Shown one piece after another: positions 25,491-37,700 of a stretch of 64,000 nucleotides of DNA; within the stretch, counting starts at the first letter, position 1, and every line of letters starts with the position of its first letter. Source of the stretch: Takakia lepidozioides (lineage: Eukaryota; Plantae; Bryophyta). The stretch spans positions 81,220,001 through 81,284,000 of the forward strand of contig CM060731.1 of NCBI GenBank assembly GCA_030704615.1, read 5' to 3'. The notes beneath the pieces were generated by a model that saw only the letters and a list, made by a program, of their open reading frames with translations, was not told where the DNA came from and searched no databases. A program made the position numbers and the translations under genes.

Positions 25491-26560
25491 TTTATAAAAG
25501 TGACCACTAGGGGGTCACTTTTTAGTTTCCAAAAGATACCACATCGCTGTCAATGAGCAGCCCTCTAGGAGTCGCTTTTCCAAATCTGTCCCTCTGGGGG
25601 TCCGAAAAGTGAAATCCAAATATCCCCAAAGCAACTCCTTGGGCGTCGCTTGGAAGTCGCAATGTATTTTAGGAAGAGGGAACCTAGTTGCTTTATAAAA
25701 GCGACCCCTGGGGTTGCTTTTCAGTTCTAATCAAAACCACATATAGCGACCTCTAAAAGGTCGCTTAATTAAATGGACCGACCTCATAAGGTCGATTTTA
25801 GAAAGCGACCCAAAACATGAAAAAACCAAATAGCGACCTCTGGGGGGGTGTGGGATGTGTATGACAGAACTAGGGTTGCTTTGAGACCGGGATCGCATAA
25901 AGGGGTTGTAAAGCCCCATAACTTACGCCTGGAAATAACCTGTTTCATACAAAACGGCGATACACATTCAAAGTATATATTTTTTGGCGTATAAAGCCGT
26001 TAATCCGTTACAATGATGTTTAGGTTAGGGTTAGTTTAGGTTGGTGGCTTGATCCTGGCCCTTCATTAGATCTAGGGCTGCAAGACAGCACCGTGGACTT
26101 GGGCCTATAAAGCCTCGCCACGCGGCGGGCCACTACGGTTAGGGCTTTTGTATAAAGACGGCGCCCTGACACAAGGTCGGGGCGGTATACTTGGGTGTTG
26201 GTGTATATGTGATTTTGGGTGTACAAGTTTTTGAATGAGAGTTGCTTGGTGTCTGATTCGTGTGTTTGATCCTCCTCTCGCGCGCTGCTTGCACTTTCCC
26301 CCCTTTGTTGTGCAGCTTCACTTCTTGAGAGGAAAGGAGTATATGCTTCAGGCTTGTTTTATGGTGGAGACGCCGGGTACTCAAGGCGTGGTGGATCATG
26401 CCCGCACTGTCAGGATCAGTTAGGTCTTTCACGGGATCTGCTCTACGTCCTGCTGTCTAAGTGGTTCGTTGTTGCGTGTTTTCGATGGCGGCTCCTCGAT
26501 TTGCCCTATTTTCTCCTGCTGCTGTGATTTTGCCGTCTTACGATGTGCGTTGGGGTGTGA

Positions 26561-29500
26561 TTGCAGGGGATGGCTACAGTTCGTGATTTGTCTTGTGTAG
26601 CTCGCAGAGAGGGGGAGAGCCTGTTCCTCCAAATTAGCGTGGCCCTAGCTATCGAGGCTGATCCTAGTGTAGATACTGACCATGCTGCCACTTCTCATTC
26701 TGGTGGTGTTGTTGTTGTTGCTCCTCCCGTTGTTTCTCACCCTGCTGACACTCTTGCTGTTACTAACACTACCGACGGCACGCGGCCTGGCATTGTTGCC
26801 TTGCCAGCATCGCCTCTTCTTGAGCCTGCTGCTTGCGTTCCAGCCCTTGTTGTTTCATTGGGTTCTCCTGGTGGTAGTGATTACGATAATCTGGGGGAGG
26901 CAGAGGCGTGGTCGCCAAGGTTTGAGAGGTCTGACAGCTCTCTAGATAGTTGTGACCCAGACTACTGTAACTTTGACAATTTTGTGGATTCAGGCCCTGA
27001 ATATTTTGAAAATAGGCAGTAAGCAGCAGAATTGGAGAGAGACATTGAATTGTCGCAGGAAATAGATGATCTATTGTGTGAAATATATGACGAAGATCAG
27101 CTTTGGTTTGAGTGTGTAGAGAGAGCTGTTGTGATCTTGCTGCACTAACCAGTCATCACGAGGCCCTGTTCACACGACCTTTGCTTGAGCCTGGTGCGGT
27201 GATATCCAGGGCCAGACAGCTTGCTAAGCGCGAATTCGAGCTACGCAACGAAGAGCGCCTACCGTCCAGGGCGATCAAGTCGCGTTTTCTGAACCATCGT
27301 GAATTAACCTGGTTGGAAGTTGGCTTGTATCTGCCTCTTTCTGGTGTTCGAAGTGCAGAGCTTCATCATGGCCCTGGTGTGGTAAGGCGAAGTTGGTTGT
27401 CGTTGATGTTACAAGGCACGGGGGCTTTGATAAACTCTGGTGGAATGGGCAAAGACCTTGTTCAAACCTCTTGAGAGGCCTCTGAATTGCTTTACCAAGC
27501 TTTCGGCCAGGACCTACCAACCTTGGGAATCCTTGTGGAAGTATTACATGGATCTTAAATTTGCTGCTGTTGAAAACATCATAGACCCGGCAGAGAGGGA
27601 TCGTATGGTCAAAAGGTATTTTCTCCTTGGATTGCCTTCCATTATTCAGAACTGGGCTCAGCGACATCATTTTGTTGATGACAAGACTATGTTAGCAGAA
27701 ATTAATCTTAAAATGGCAGACTTGGCTGACAGCAAATCAATGCCACATCATGTCAAGTTTCAAGCTCCAGTGAGCTCAGAGCTTGGCATGTCTGCGACAT
27801 CCTCACCCTATGTTCCTCCTGCTAAGACATATAAAGCTGATAATTTTACTCTTCAGGGGTTGGTTAATACCGTGGGAAGTCTTAGTGAGTCTGTGGCCAC
27901 TCAGTTTGCTGCTATGTAGGCTCATCAACAGAGATGGCAGCCTCGACACAGCCAAGGAACAACAGAAGGTAATAATAGGGGTCGAACCCAGACTGGACAG
28001 GCCTATGAGGGCAATCGTGCTGCCATTTGTGGGTCCTTTGAACACTGGACGAAGCATTGTCCATACAGAGCAGGGCTACCAGAGCTGATCAAGAACAAGA
28101 AGACAGCTAATGGCTCTTCCCCTCCTTTAAACTAGCACGATCTCTTGGGAAGGGGGCAAGAGGTCCATCATCTACCAACCCTGGCTTTTCTGTCTGATTC
28201 AAGCTGTTCTATCTACTAACTTCAAAGTTTTGCATTGTCCTCTCAGTCAGCAGACTGCTGGCCAGCAGATCAGTCCTCTCATGGCCCAGTGCCATATCCA
28301 CGAGTTCAGCTTTCCCTGTGTGGTTGATACTGGATGCACTATATCTGCCATACCTTTGAATGTTGTGAGAGTTCTTGGTCTTAAACTATGCCCTGCCACA
28401 GGTATTGAGGTGCTTATTGCAAATGGATCCAGGTATGAGCCCTTAGGATTAGTTATTGTTCCCATCTGAATTCATAAAAAGGAGTTTGTGGTTACCTGCA
28501 TAGTCACCATTGGAGATCAATTCCTTCTAGGCCTTGACTGGATGACCGGAGCTGGTGCCACCATCAGCCTAGCCGACTACTCCCTTCGTTTTAACAATAG
28601 GGAGGGGCATGAAGTAGTGGTTCCCCTGAAAGCAGTAAAGATCAAGGCTGGATCTGCTGCAGCCAATTTGTCCAGAGTCCAGGCCCTGGTGAAGGAGGTA
28701 TGGCAAAACTCTCACTCCAACCTCAATTGGAATGATTTCTACAAGTTTCAGCCTGATCTTCAACTCTTATATCAGTGGTATGTTCCTGGTGCCAGGGATA
28801 GGACAGGAATGCCTATAGTTATTCCAAAGAATTCTACTCTAATTCGTGCACCTCTCAACATCACCATCCCTGCCTTGACCCAGAAGGTGGTCAAGTCTGG
28901 TCTGGCCTTCTTGTGTCCAAGTGCTCATTTCCTAGAAGTTGAAGGATGGAGGAAATTGACTGCCCTTAAGCATTGCCTGGTGGCCAATGGTGTTCTAGAT
29001 TGAGGATATCGGCAAGAAGTTAAGGATCTGATTGCTAATCCTGAGCGCTTCCCTGTGACTATTAAAAATGGGCAGGTTCTGGCTCGCATCACTGCTCTTC
29101 CCATTGCTGACATACAAGAGGTGCAGGCTGGTTTTGGTCTTGAGGCCATTGGCATCCAACCTGGCCCCTTAGATACGGTTGTTGCCTTTGCTGCAGTTCC
29201 ACCACCACCTGTTCCCGATCTCAGCCTAGGAGATAAGAAGGCCCTCACCAAAGTTTTATCTGAAATCAAGTTGGGCACAACTCTCTCCTCTGGACAAAGG
29301 AGGAAGGTGGAAATGCTTATTGCAAAGAATCTAGATGTTTTCAGTTTGGGATCCACTGACCTAGGACGCACTCCTATTCTTCAACATGACATTGTCACTG
29401 AAGGGGCTCCTATTAAACAATTCGCTTACCGAGAGAGTGTCAAGGAACGTGCCATAATCCAAGAAGAAGTCCAGAAGATGCTTGATGCTGGTGTGATTAA

Positions 29501-29738
29501 ACCTTCAGTCTCTCCTTGGGCTAGTCCAATTGTCCTGGTTGGAAAGAAAGATGGCACAACCCGCTTCTGTGTTGACTTCAGGAAGCTGAATGACATCACA
29601 AAAAAAGATGCCTATCCTCTACCCAGGATTAATGAAACCATGGATCAACTACATGGTGCTATAATTTTCTCCTCTCTTGATCTTGCATCTGGCTTTTGGC
29701 AAGTTCTTCTTTGAAGCAGCTAAGGAAAAGACCTCCTT
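26561..29738 (+). pseudogene. gag-PR-dUTPase-like-RT (N-terminal half)
   Basis: Degraded knuckle ICGSFEHWTKHC; gag ends ...CCT TTA AAC TAG; VVDTGCTIS...FLLGLDW; SPWASPIVLVGKKDGTTRFCVDFRKLN, LDLASGFWQV. Confidence 0.85.
28840..29095 (+). pseudogene. Degenerate trimeric dUTPase-like domain
   Basis: IRAPLNITIPALTQKVVKSGLAFLCP...GWRKLTALKH..VANGVLD*GYRQEVKDLIANP..FPVTIKNGQVLARI aligns by eye with the dUTPase pattern TG..P..RS.LA.K...GVIDxDYRGE+.V...N.....I..G.R+AQ. Confidence 0.7.
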
Positions 29739-31367
29739 TGTCACGCACCTCACTTCGGTAAGTTCCCCTTCAAGTCATAGTTGCTAGCTTGATGCGCGCG
29801 CCTAACTCCCAACCTGGCCGCCGGACCAACTTGGAGCTTCGGCTGCTCACCGGGGCATAACGGTCCCCTTTTGATCTCCCAAAGAACCCTCCACCAATTT
29901 GGAACCAGCGGGAATTCCCTTTGGTAGTTGGCAGTCCGGAACAGCTCCCCACTCTTTGGTCGCTTTCCGGCTCGCTCGCTTACTCACTAGTTTTTGGTCA
30001 CCAACGGGCTTGCACCGTTCTCGGGGTTACTACTCCCCTTGTATATACTTCTGTAGCTGTCCGCGGGGGTTTCACAACCAGCCATGCCATTTTATGGCGA
30101 ACCACCACGAAAACCCTCGACTCCCGGTGATGAGTCGCGGTGAGTCTTGGCCCACTCACCACGGCCCCTATGGACCGTGATGAGTCCCAAGACTCCCCAC
30201 GACTCCCACCACGAGGTCTCCGCCCCCATGGTGAGTCCTATGCCACCCCCACTAAGTCCCGCTAAGTTACCACCACCCCTTGTGGAGCCACCCCCACCGC
30301 AACCCGGTGTGCGGGGCTCCACCTAGTGAGCGCCTCCGCCTCCTTGAGTGCCTTGGGCACTCAAGGGTGCTTCAGCACCCCATACCTATCGCTGCGCTGC
30401 CCCACCACAGGGGCAGCCCCTCATGTGTCCCGACCCCCTGTCCTCAAGGCAAAGGGCCGCGACACACACCCCTACCAACAGGGAGTCAATGTCCTCATCA
30501 ACTTGTCCATTTTGTAGAAACGAACATCCAAGTTGTGGCGTCCCACATCAAGGAGTTTGTTTCCGTACCATGGCGTCCCATGGCAAAGAACCAAACCCCA
30601 CACTTGACTCTACTCTCCACTAGCTAGTTCGGCCGACTTCCTCCAAGTCCCGGCCAGGGGTGGAGCCTCTCAGCTCCTCCCAGTGCACTCTTCTTGGTCT
30701 TCTTCAAGGTCAAGGAACGATCCTCCCCGAGGATCGAATCGCCTTACTGCAACAACATTGCTTGCGACCGCTCATGATGCCGTTTTTGGCATCACCTTGA
30801 GCAAGGGTTCACCTCGAACCCTCTTTGACTAGGAAGATAACCTTGAACCAACCGTGCGCCCCAATCACTACAATTGGGTCCGCCTTGGAATGCTGGCCTG
30901 AGGTACGGGAACACGCCGAAGCCGCACTACGACTTCGTCCCGAGGCTACACGATTATAGTACGTGAATGGAAGCACGTAGCTTCCGCGTTAGACCGCACT
31001 ACAAGGCAACCCCCTCGGTAGCGCAGTTATAGTACGCGCACGCGCCAGGTGCGCACTAGCACGTGAACTCCCAAAGAAGGCGCAAGTTTCCTTGCCCCTT
31101 GGATGGGAGTCACCCGATTTCGGCACTGCGCAAACACACGATTAACCCAATTTACCTCTCCCACTTTTGTAACCTAGCATGCATTCTACACACTAGCCAA
31201 CCATACCATGCATCACCATTCCAAACAAAATAGGAAGCACAACATTTTGAAACATTTCATTTAAAGCAAATTTTGTACAATACAAGTTTTTGCAATCGGA
31301 TTTCTGAGCTAGCTAAGCCGGGCTAAGCATGCATTTCCTCCCCCACGCTCCAAGGTTGATGTCCCCA

Positions 31368-34300
31368 TCAACGCTTCTTCCGCTTTTGAGGTCGCCCTTC
31401 TAACGCTGCAACCGCCTCGGATGCGTTTCCCATTTCTGAGGCACGCACCCAAGATGCCTCCACATGATGATAGCCCTTCCATTTGACGAGATACTCCGTT
31501 TCTCGGTTCTTGAATCTCCTCGACTTAAGTACTGCCTCCACCTCGTACTCAGGTTCATTTTCATGATCCAACAGCACAGGTGGCGGATGCAAGACTTGAT
31601 GCCGATTCGGACGCACTTCATCTTTGAAGTAAGGCTTCAAAAGGGAGACATGGAATATTGGGTGCACCTTGCTGTTTGCCGGCAGCTCCAATTCATACAC
31701 ATCCTCATTCATAACCTTCCGAATGCGAAAGGGTCCCGCATATGGAGGTACAAACTTTGGACTCACTTCCGGAGGTAGTCGGAAATTCTTGATGTTCAAC
31801 CAGACCTCCGTGCCTGCCTCAAACTTCACTTCCCTCCGCTTCCGATTCGCCTGCCTTTCATACCGTTTCCTAGCTTTGGCAATGTTGTACTTTGCGAGCT
31901 TCAACAACCGCTCGCGTTCTTCCAGTACCGCCGCTACTGCCGGTTCCTCAACGTCCTGGGCGGCCCAACTTGTCGGCACCAGAGGTGTTTTTCCATAGAC
32001 CAATACGAAAGGGGAAACTCCCGTTGCAGAGTGTTCTGTGTTATTATAACAGAACTCTACCGCGTCTAAGTGTTCCACCTAATCTGATTGGTCTGCCGAC
32101 ACGTAATTCCGCAAGATCTGCTTCACTACGGAATTCACTCTTTCCGTTTGGCCGTCGGTCGTAGGTCGGAAGGTGGTGCTCATCTTCAGCCTCGTCCCCA
32201 TCTTCTTCCAAAGTGTCCTCCAAAATTTACTCGTAAACTTTGGATCGCGGTCCGAGACAATATCCAACAGGACTCCATGATGTTTTAAGACGTGGGCGAA
32301 GTAAAGTCGCCCTGTCTCTTGCGCCGTTGCCGTCTCCTTGGTGGGGATGAAATGGCCCATTTTACTGAACCTATCCACCACCACCATGATTGCATCGAAT
32401 CCTTTTGACAGCGCCATAGCAGTCATGAAATCCATCGAGACGCTTTCCCAAGTCCCCTCTGGAATCGGCAAGGGTTGTAACAGCCCCGCTTGCTTTTTGT
32501 ACTCGCTCCGGTTTTGTTGGCATGTGGTGCATGTCTTGACATACTCCTCTGCCTCCTCCCTCAGTTTGGGCCAGAAATACTCTTTCTTCAAGAGTGCCAC
32601 AGTGCGCTTGGCTCCGCCGTGGCCCGCAAGCGGGCTATCATAGCATTCTCTCAAGAGGCTATCTCCGATCCCTCCCTTCGACACGTAGAGACGCTTTTGC
32701 TTATACCGGAGCAATCCATTTTGCAAGTGGAATTGCGATTTAACCCCCCTCCTCAAGTCCTGCATCACGGACTTTGCCAGCTCGTCCTTCTTGCAAGCCT
32801 TCCGGATCTTCCTTTGGAGCGCCGTCTCGCCCTTGTACACCAACAAGAGCTGCTGCTTTCTACTTAAAGCATCAGCCACCACATTGTCACGTCCCGGTTT
32901 GTATTGGATATCCACGTCAAACACCGCCAAAGTATCTTGCCACCTAAGTTGTTGTTTTGGGGACAACTTGGGCTGCGTGGCAAATACTTCACCGTACATT
33001 GTCCGTGAACACCTTCACTGGGTTGGAACCAACATAATGGCGCCAAAGCTCAAGACAGTGCACCACCGCCTTCATCTCTTTCTCGTGCGTCGGCCACCGT
33101 CCCTCCACTTCATTCAGTTTCTTACTTTTGTAAGCCACTGGACGTCCATCTTGCATCAGTACACCCCCAATCGCGAAGTCCGACGCATCTGTATGTATCT
33201 CGAACGGAAGATCAAACTCCGGGATTTTCAAGACTGGATCTTCCGCCATCCGCTGCTTCAATTCAGCAAAAGCTTGGCCACACAAGGTGTTCCATACCCA
33301 GACTTTGGATTTACACAGAAGGTCTGACAACGGCCCCGCGATCTTGGTGAAATTTCTCACATACTTCCGGTAATAGGAGGCGAGTCCTAGGAAGGATGGC
33401 ACTCCCGGACCAAAGTCGGAGGCTCCCAGTCCAAGATCGCCCTCACCTTTCTGTCATCCATTTTGATCCCATCATGTGTAATCACATGCCCAGGAACTCC
33501 ACTTTTGTGACCCCGAATTCGCACTTTGAAGCTTTGGCATACAGCTTCCATTCTCGCAATTTTTGGAACACCCTTTTCAGGTGCTCCAAGTGCTCCTCCT
33601 TTGTTTTCGAGTACACCAAGATGTCATCGATGTACACGATCACAAAGTCATCCAACCACTCTTGAAAAAGGCTGTTCATCAGCGTGCTAAATGTCGCTGG
33701 TGCATTGGTGGGCCCAAAAGGCATCACCAAGAACTCATATGAACCATACCTTGTCCTGCACGCGGTCTTCTCCTCATCTCCTTCCGCCACCCGAATTTGA
33801 TGATAGCCGGAGCGCAAGTCGATCCGGCTGAAATACTTCGCTCCTGCCAACCGATCGAAGAGGTCGTCGATCCTTGGCAAAGGGTACCGGTTTTTGATAG
33901 TCACCTTATTCAGAGCCCTGTAATCGACACACATCCGCAGCGTCCCATCATTTCTATCTGCAAATAGCACCGGGGCTCCGTAAGGTGACTTACTCGGCCG
34001 GATGTACCCCTTTGACATTAGATCTTTGAGCTGAGTCTTCAGCTCGACCAACTCTCTGTGGCTCAACCGGTAGGGCGCCTTGGCAGGCGGTTCCGATCCC
34101 GGTATCAGCTCAATCTTGTGGTCAACTCCTCTTCGCGGTGGCAAACCGCTTGGTAAATCCTCCGGCATCACATCCTGGTATTTCTCCAAAATCCCATTGA
34201 TCCAATCTGGGCTCGGTTCTCCATCGCCTTCTCCCTTCACTTCTCTAATGTAGAGCAAAAACTGGGGCTCGTGTGCCTCCTCCACGGCCCACTCCCTTGC

Positions 34301-34753
34301 TGAAAGAAGGTTTATTCGCCCTCCCACGGGTTTGGGCGTTTCCGACACTCGTAAGATCTTGCCACCATTCCAACATGGCAGCGTGACTACTCTCTTGCGG
34401 CCATCTATGACCGCTCCAGATTTGCTCAAAAAGGTCATCCCCAAAATGAGATCCACTCCATCGATCTCGCAGATGGTGAAGTTCTCACGTCCCTCCCAAC
34501 TTCCCAGTTGAAGAGGAACATCGAATGCCAACCTTGTTTTCAGTTGTGGTTCTCCTTTAGCAGAACGCACCTCAATAGAGGCCCCCACGTCACTTGTCGG
34601 GAGTCCCAACTTTCGCGCCGCCGCCGGCGTCATGAAGGAGTGCGACGCTCCTGTGTCCACCAACAACGACACGTTAGTTCCAGATATTATCCCATCCACG
34701 AACAATAACTGACTCTTTTTACGCAGGGCGCCAGTTTCCTGATACAACTCACA
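31368..34753 (-). pseudogene. pol: Outer chromovirus pol: PR-RT-RH-INT-chromodomain, with frameshifts and an internal deletion in INT
   Basis: LVDTGAS, YIDDIL, HTDASDF, SMDFM, SDRDPKF, EYEVEAVLKSR...YLVKWKGY...SW. Confidence 0.92.
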
Positions 34754-34758
34754 AGAAT

Positions 34759-37700
34759 TGTCGCGGCCCTTTGCCTTGAGGGCAGGGGGTTGGGACACAT
34801 GAGGGGCTGCCCCTGTGGTGGGGGTAGCGGCAGCGATAGGTATGGGGGTGCTGAAGCACCCTTGAGTGCCCAAGGCACTCAGGGAAGCGGAGGCGCTCAC
34901 TAGGTGGAGCCCCGCACACCGGGTTGCGGTGGGGGTGGCTCCACAAGGGGTGGTGGTAGCTTAGTGGGACTTAGTGGGGGTGGCATAGGACTCACCATGA
35001 GGGCGGAGACCTCGTGGTGGGAGTCGTGGGGAGTCTTGGGACTCATCACGGTCCATAGGGGCCGTGGTGAGCGGGCCAAGACTCACCGCGACTCACCACC
35101 GGGAATCGAGGGTCTTCGTGGTGGTTCGCCATAAAATGGCATGGCTAGTTGTGAAACCCCCGCGGACAGCTACAGAAGTATATATAGGGAGTAGTAACCC
35201 CGAGAACGGTGCAAGCCCGTTGGTGACCAAAAACTAGTGAGTAAGCGAGCGAGCCAGAAAGCGACCAAAGAGTGGGGAGCTGTTCCGGACTGCCATCTAC
35301 CAAAGGGAATTCCACTAGGCCCAAATAGGTGGAGGGTCTTTCGGGAGAGCGAAGGGGGACCGTTATGTCCCGGTGAGCAGCCGAAGCTCCGAGTTGGCCC
35401 GGCGGCCAGGTTGGGAGTCAGGCGCGCGCATCAAAGCGAGTAACTATGACTTGAAGGGGAGCTTACCGAAGTGAGGTGCGCGACACTTGGTATCAGAGCT
35501 TAGAGTTCAGTACCGTCCTTGGGTTTGGCCTCATCATGGGGTCGGGCAAGCCGAAGCGAAAGCGGAACGGCCCAAAAAATGATGATCCTGGTGAGCCCGA
35601 TGGGGGCGACGTGTCACCGAGGCGGCCGTTTGAGGAAGCGATGCATGTTTCCGAAAACGAGGCCGCCCAAGAGCGGGAGGAATCCGAGGAGTCGGAGCCC
35701 AAGGAATCCTTGAGAGCTCCGACAAACCAAGAGATGCCTCCCATGCCGGCACCTTTTGGGAAGGGTTGTTGGCGCAGTTTGGCGGGACGTTGAAAGACGT
35801 GTTGAAGGCGGCTAATGCCACTTCCACTAAGGCAAAGTTTAAGGTGAAGCCTAAGGAACCCGACACCTTCGAGGGCGTCCGAAATCGGAAGGCACTCAAC
35901 ACCTGGCTCTTGGAGCTAGAGCAGTACTTCCGGGCGGCCAAGTTGAGTGACGAGGATCGGGTGGAAGTGGCTCCCACCTATTTGAGGGGCTATGCTCAAC
36001 AATGGTGGCAGAAACGCCTTCACGACCGAGGTCCAAGCCCGGAAACCTTGAACTGGAGTGGGTTCAAGGAATTGATGAAGAGACAGTTTGTGCCCCTCAA
36101 CGCGTCCTGGCTCGCCCGGGACAAGATGAGGAATTTGAAGCAAACAGATGACATTCGGGGATATGTCCAGGCTTTCAATGTGCTGTTGCTCGAAGTCGCG
36201 GACATGGCAGAACCAGAAATGGTCTTCAACTTTGTGGCGGGACTGGCCCCATGGGCCAGGCGGAAGTTGGAGGAGAAGCCACCCAAGACTTTGAACGAGG
36301 CTATTGAGAGGGCTGAATGTTTCTCAGATGTCCCTAGGGGTGAAAGACAAGGCCGTACGGAGCTGAACCACAAGAAGATTCGGCGGGAAGGTGACTCCTT
36401 CCGACCGGAAAAGAAGTGGGATAGGCCACGCGGCGAAAATGGCACGTGGAAATCGAAGGGAGGGCCTTCACACGTCAAGGCGGCACCCGGTGCTTCGAAA
36501 GGAAAAGCGGGTGGAGCGGCTTATGGCGGACAGAAGGCGACCTTTGATGGAGTGTGTTTCAATTGCGGGGAGCCCGGGCACATGGCCAAGAAGTGCACGA
36601 AGCCCCGGCAATTGAACATGACTCGGACGACCACGGAGCTGTCGGAAGATACCATCAGTCGCTTGGTGGAAGCGGTGGTCGCCAGGACTTGCAAGGTAGG
36701 CAAATTTTCTTGTGAGTTGTATCAGGAAACTGGCGCCTTACGAAAAGGGAGTCAGTTATTGTTCGTGGATGGGATAATATCCGGAACTAATGTGTCGTTG
36801 TTGGTGGACACAGGAGCGTCGCACTCCTTCATGACACCGGCAACGGCACAAAAGCTGGGACTCCCGACAAGTGACGTGGGGGCCTCTATTGAGGTGCGTT
36901 CTGCCAAAGGAGAACCACAGTTGGCGACAAGGTTGGCGATTGATGTTCCCTTCAACTGGGGAGTTGGGAGGGACGTGAGAACTTCACCATCTGCGAGATC
37001 GATGGAGTGGATCTCATTTTGGGGATGACCTTTTTGAGCAAATCCGGAGCGGTCATAGATGGCCGCAAGAGAGTAGTCACGCTGCCATGTGGGAATGGTG
37101 GCGAGGTTTTACGAGTGTCAGAAACGCCCAAATCCGTGGGAGGGCGAATAAACCTTCTGTCAGCAAAGGAGTGGGCCGTGGAGGAGGCACACGAGCCCCA
37201 GTTTTTGCTTTACATTAGAGAAGTGAAAGGGGAAGGCGATGGGGAGCCGAGCCCAGATTGGATCAAGGGGATTTTGGAGAAATACCAGGATGTGATGCCG
37301 GAGGATTTACCAAGCGGCTTGCCACCGCGAAGAGGAGTTGACCACAAGATTGAGGTGATACCGGGATCGGAACCGCCTGCCAAGGCGCCCTACCGGTTGA
37401 GCCACAGAGAGTTGGTCGAGCTGAAGACTCAGCTCAAGGATCTAATGTCAAAGGGGTACATCCGGCCGAGTAAGTCACCTTACGGAGCCCCGGTGCTATT
37501 TGCAGACAAGAAGGATGGGACGCTGCGGATGTGTGTCGATTACAGGGCTCTGAATAAGGTGACTATAAAAAAACCGGTACCCTTTGCCAAGGATCGACGA
37601 CCTCTTTGATCGGTTGGCAGGAGCGAAGTATTTCAGCCGGATCGACTTGCGCTCCGGCTATCACCAAATTCGGGTGGCGGAAGGAGATGAGGAGAAGACC

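Noticed and set aside
26019-26042. Telomere-like TTTAGGTTAGGGTTAG
   Set aside because: A few degenerate units that are part of the LTR, repeated at ~46773; not a chromosome end.
33482-34900. 472-aa ORF and 407-aa ORF (43554-44777) with novel N-termini
   Set aside because: Both are chimeric frames running from an LTR into the interrupted pol.
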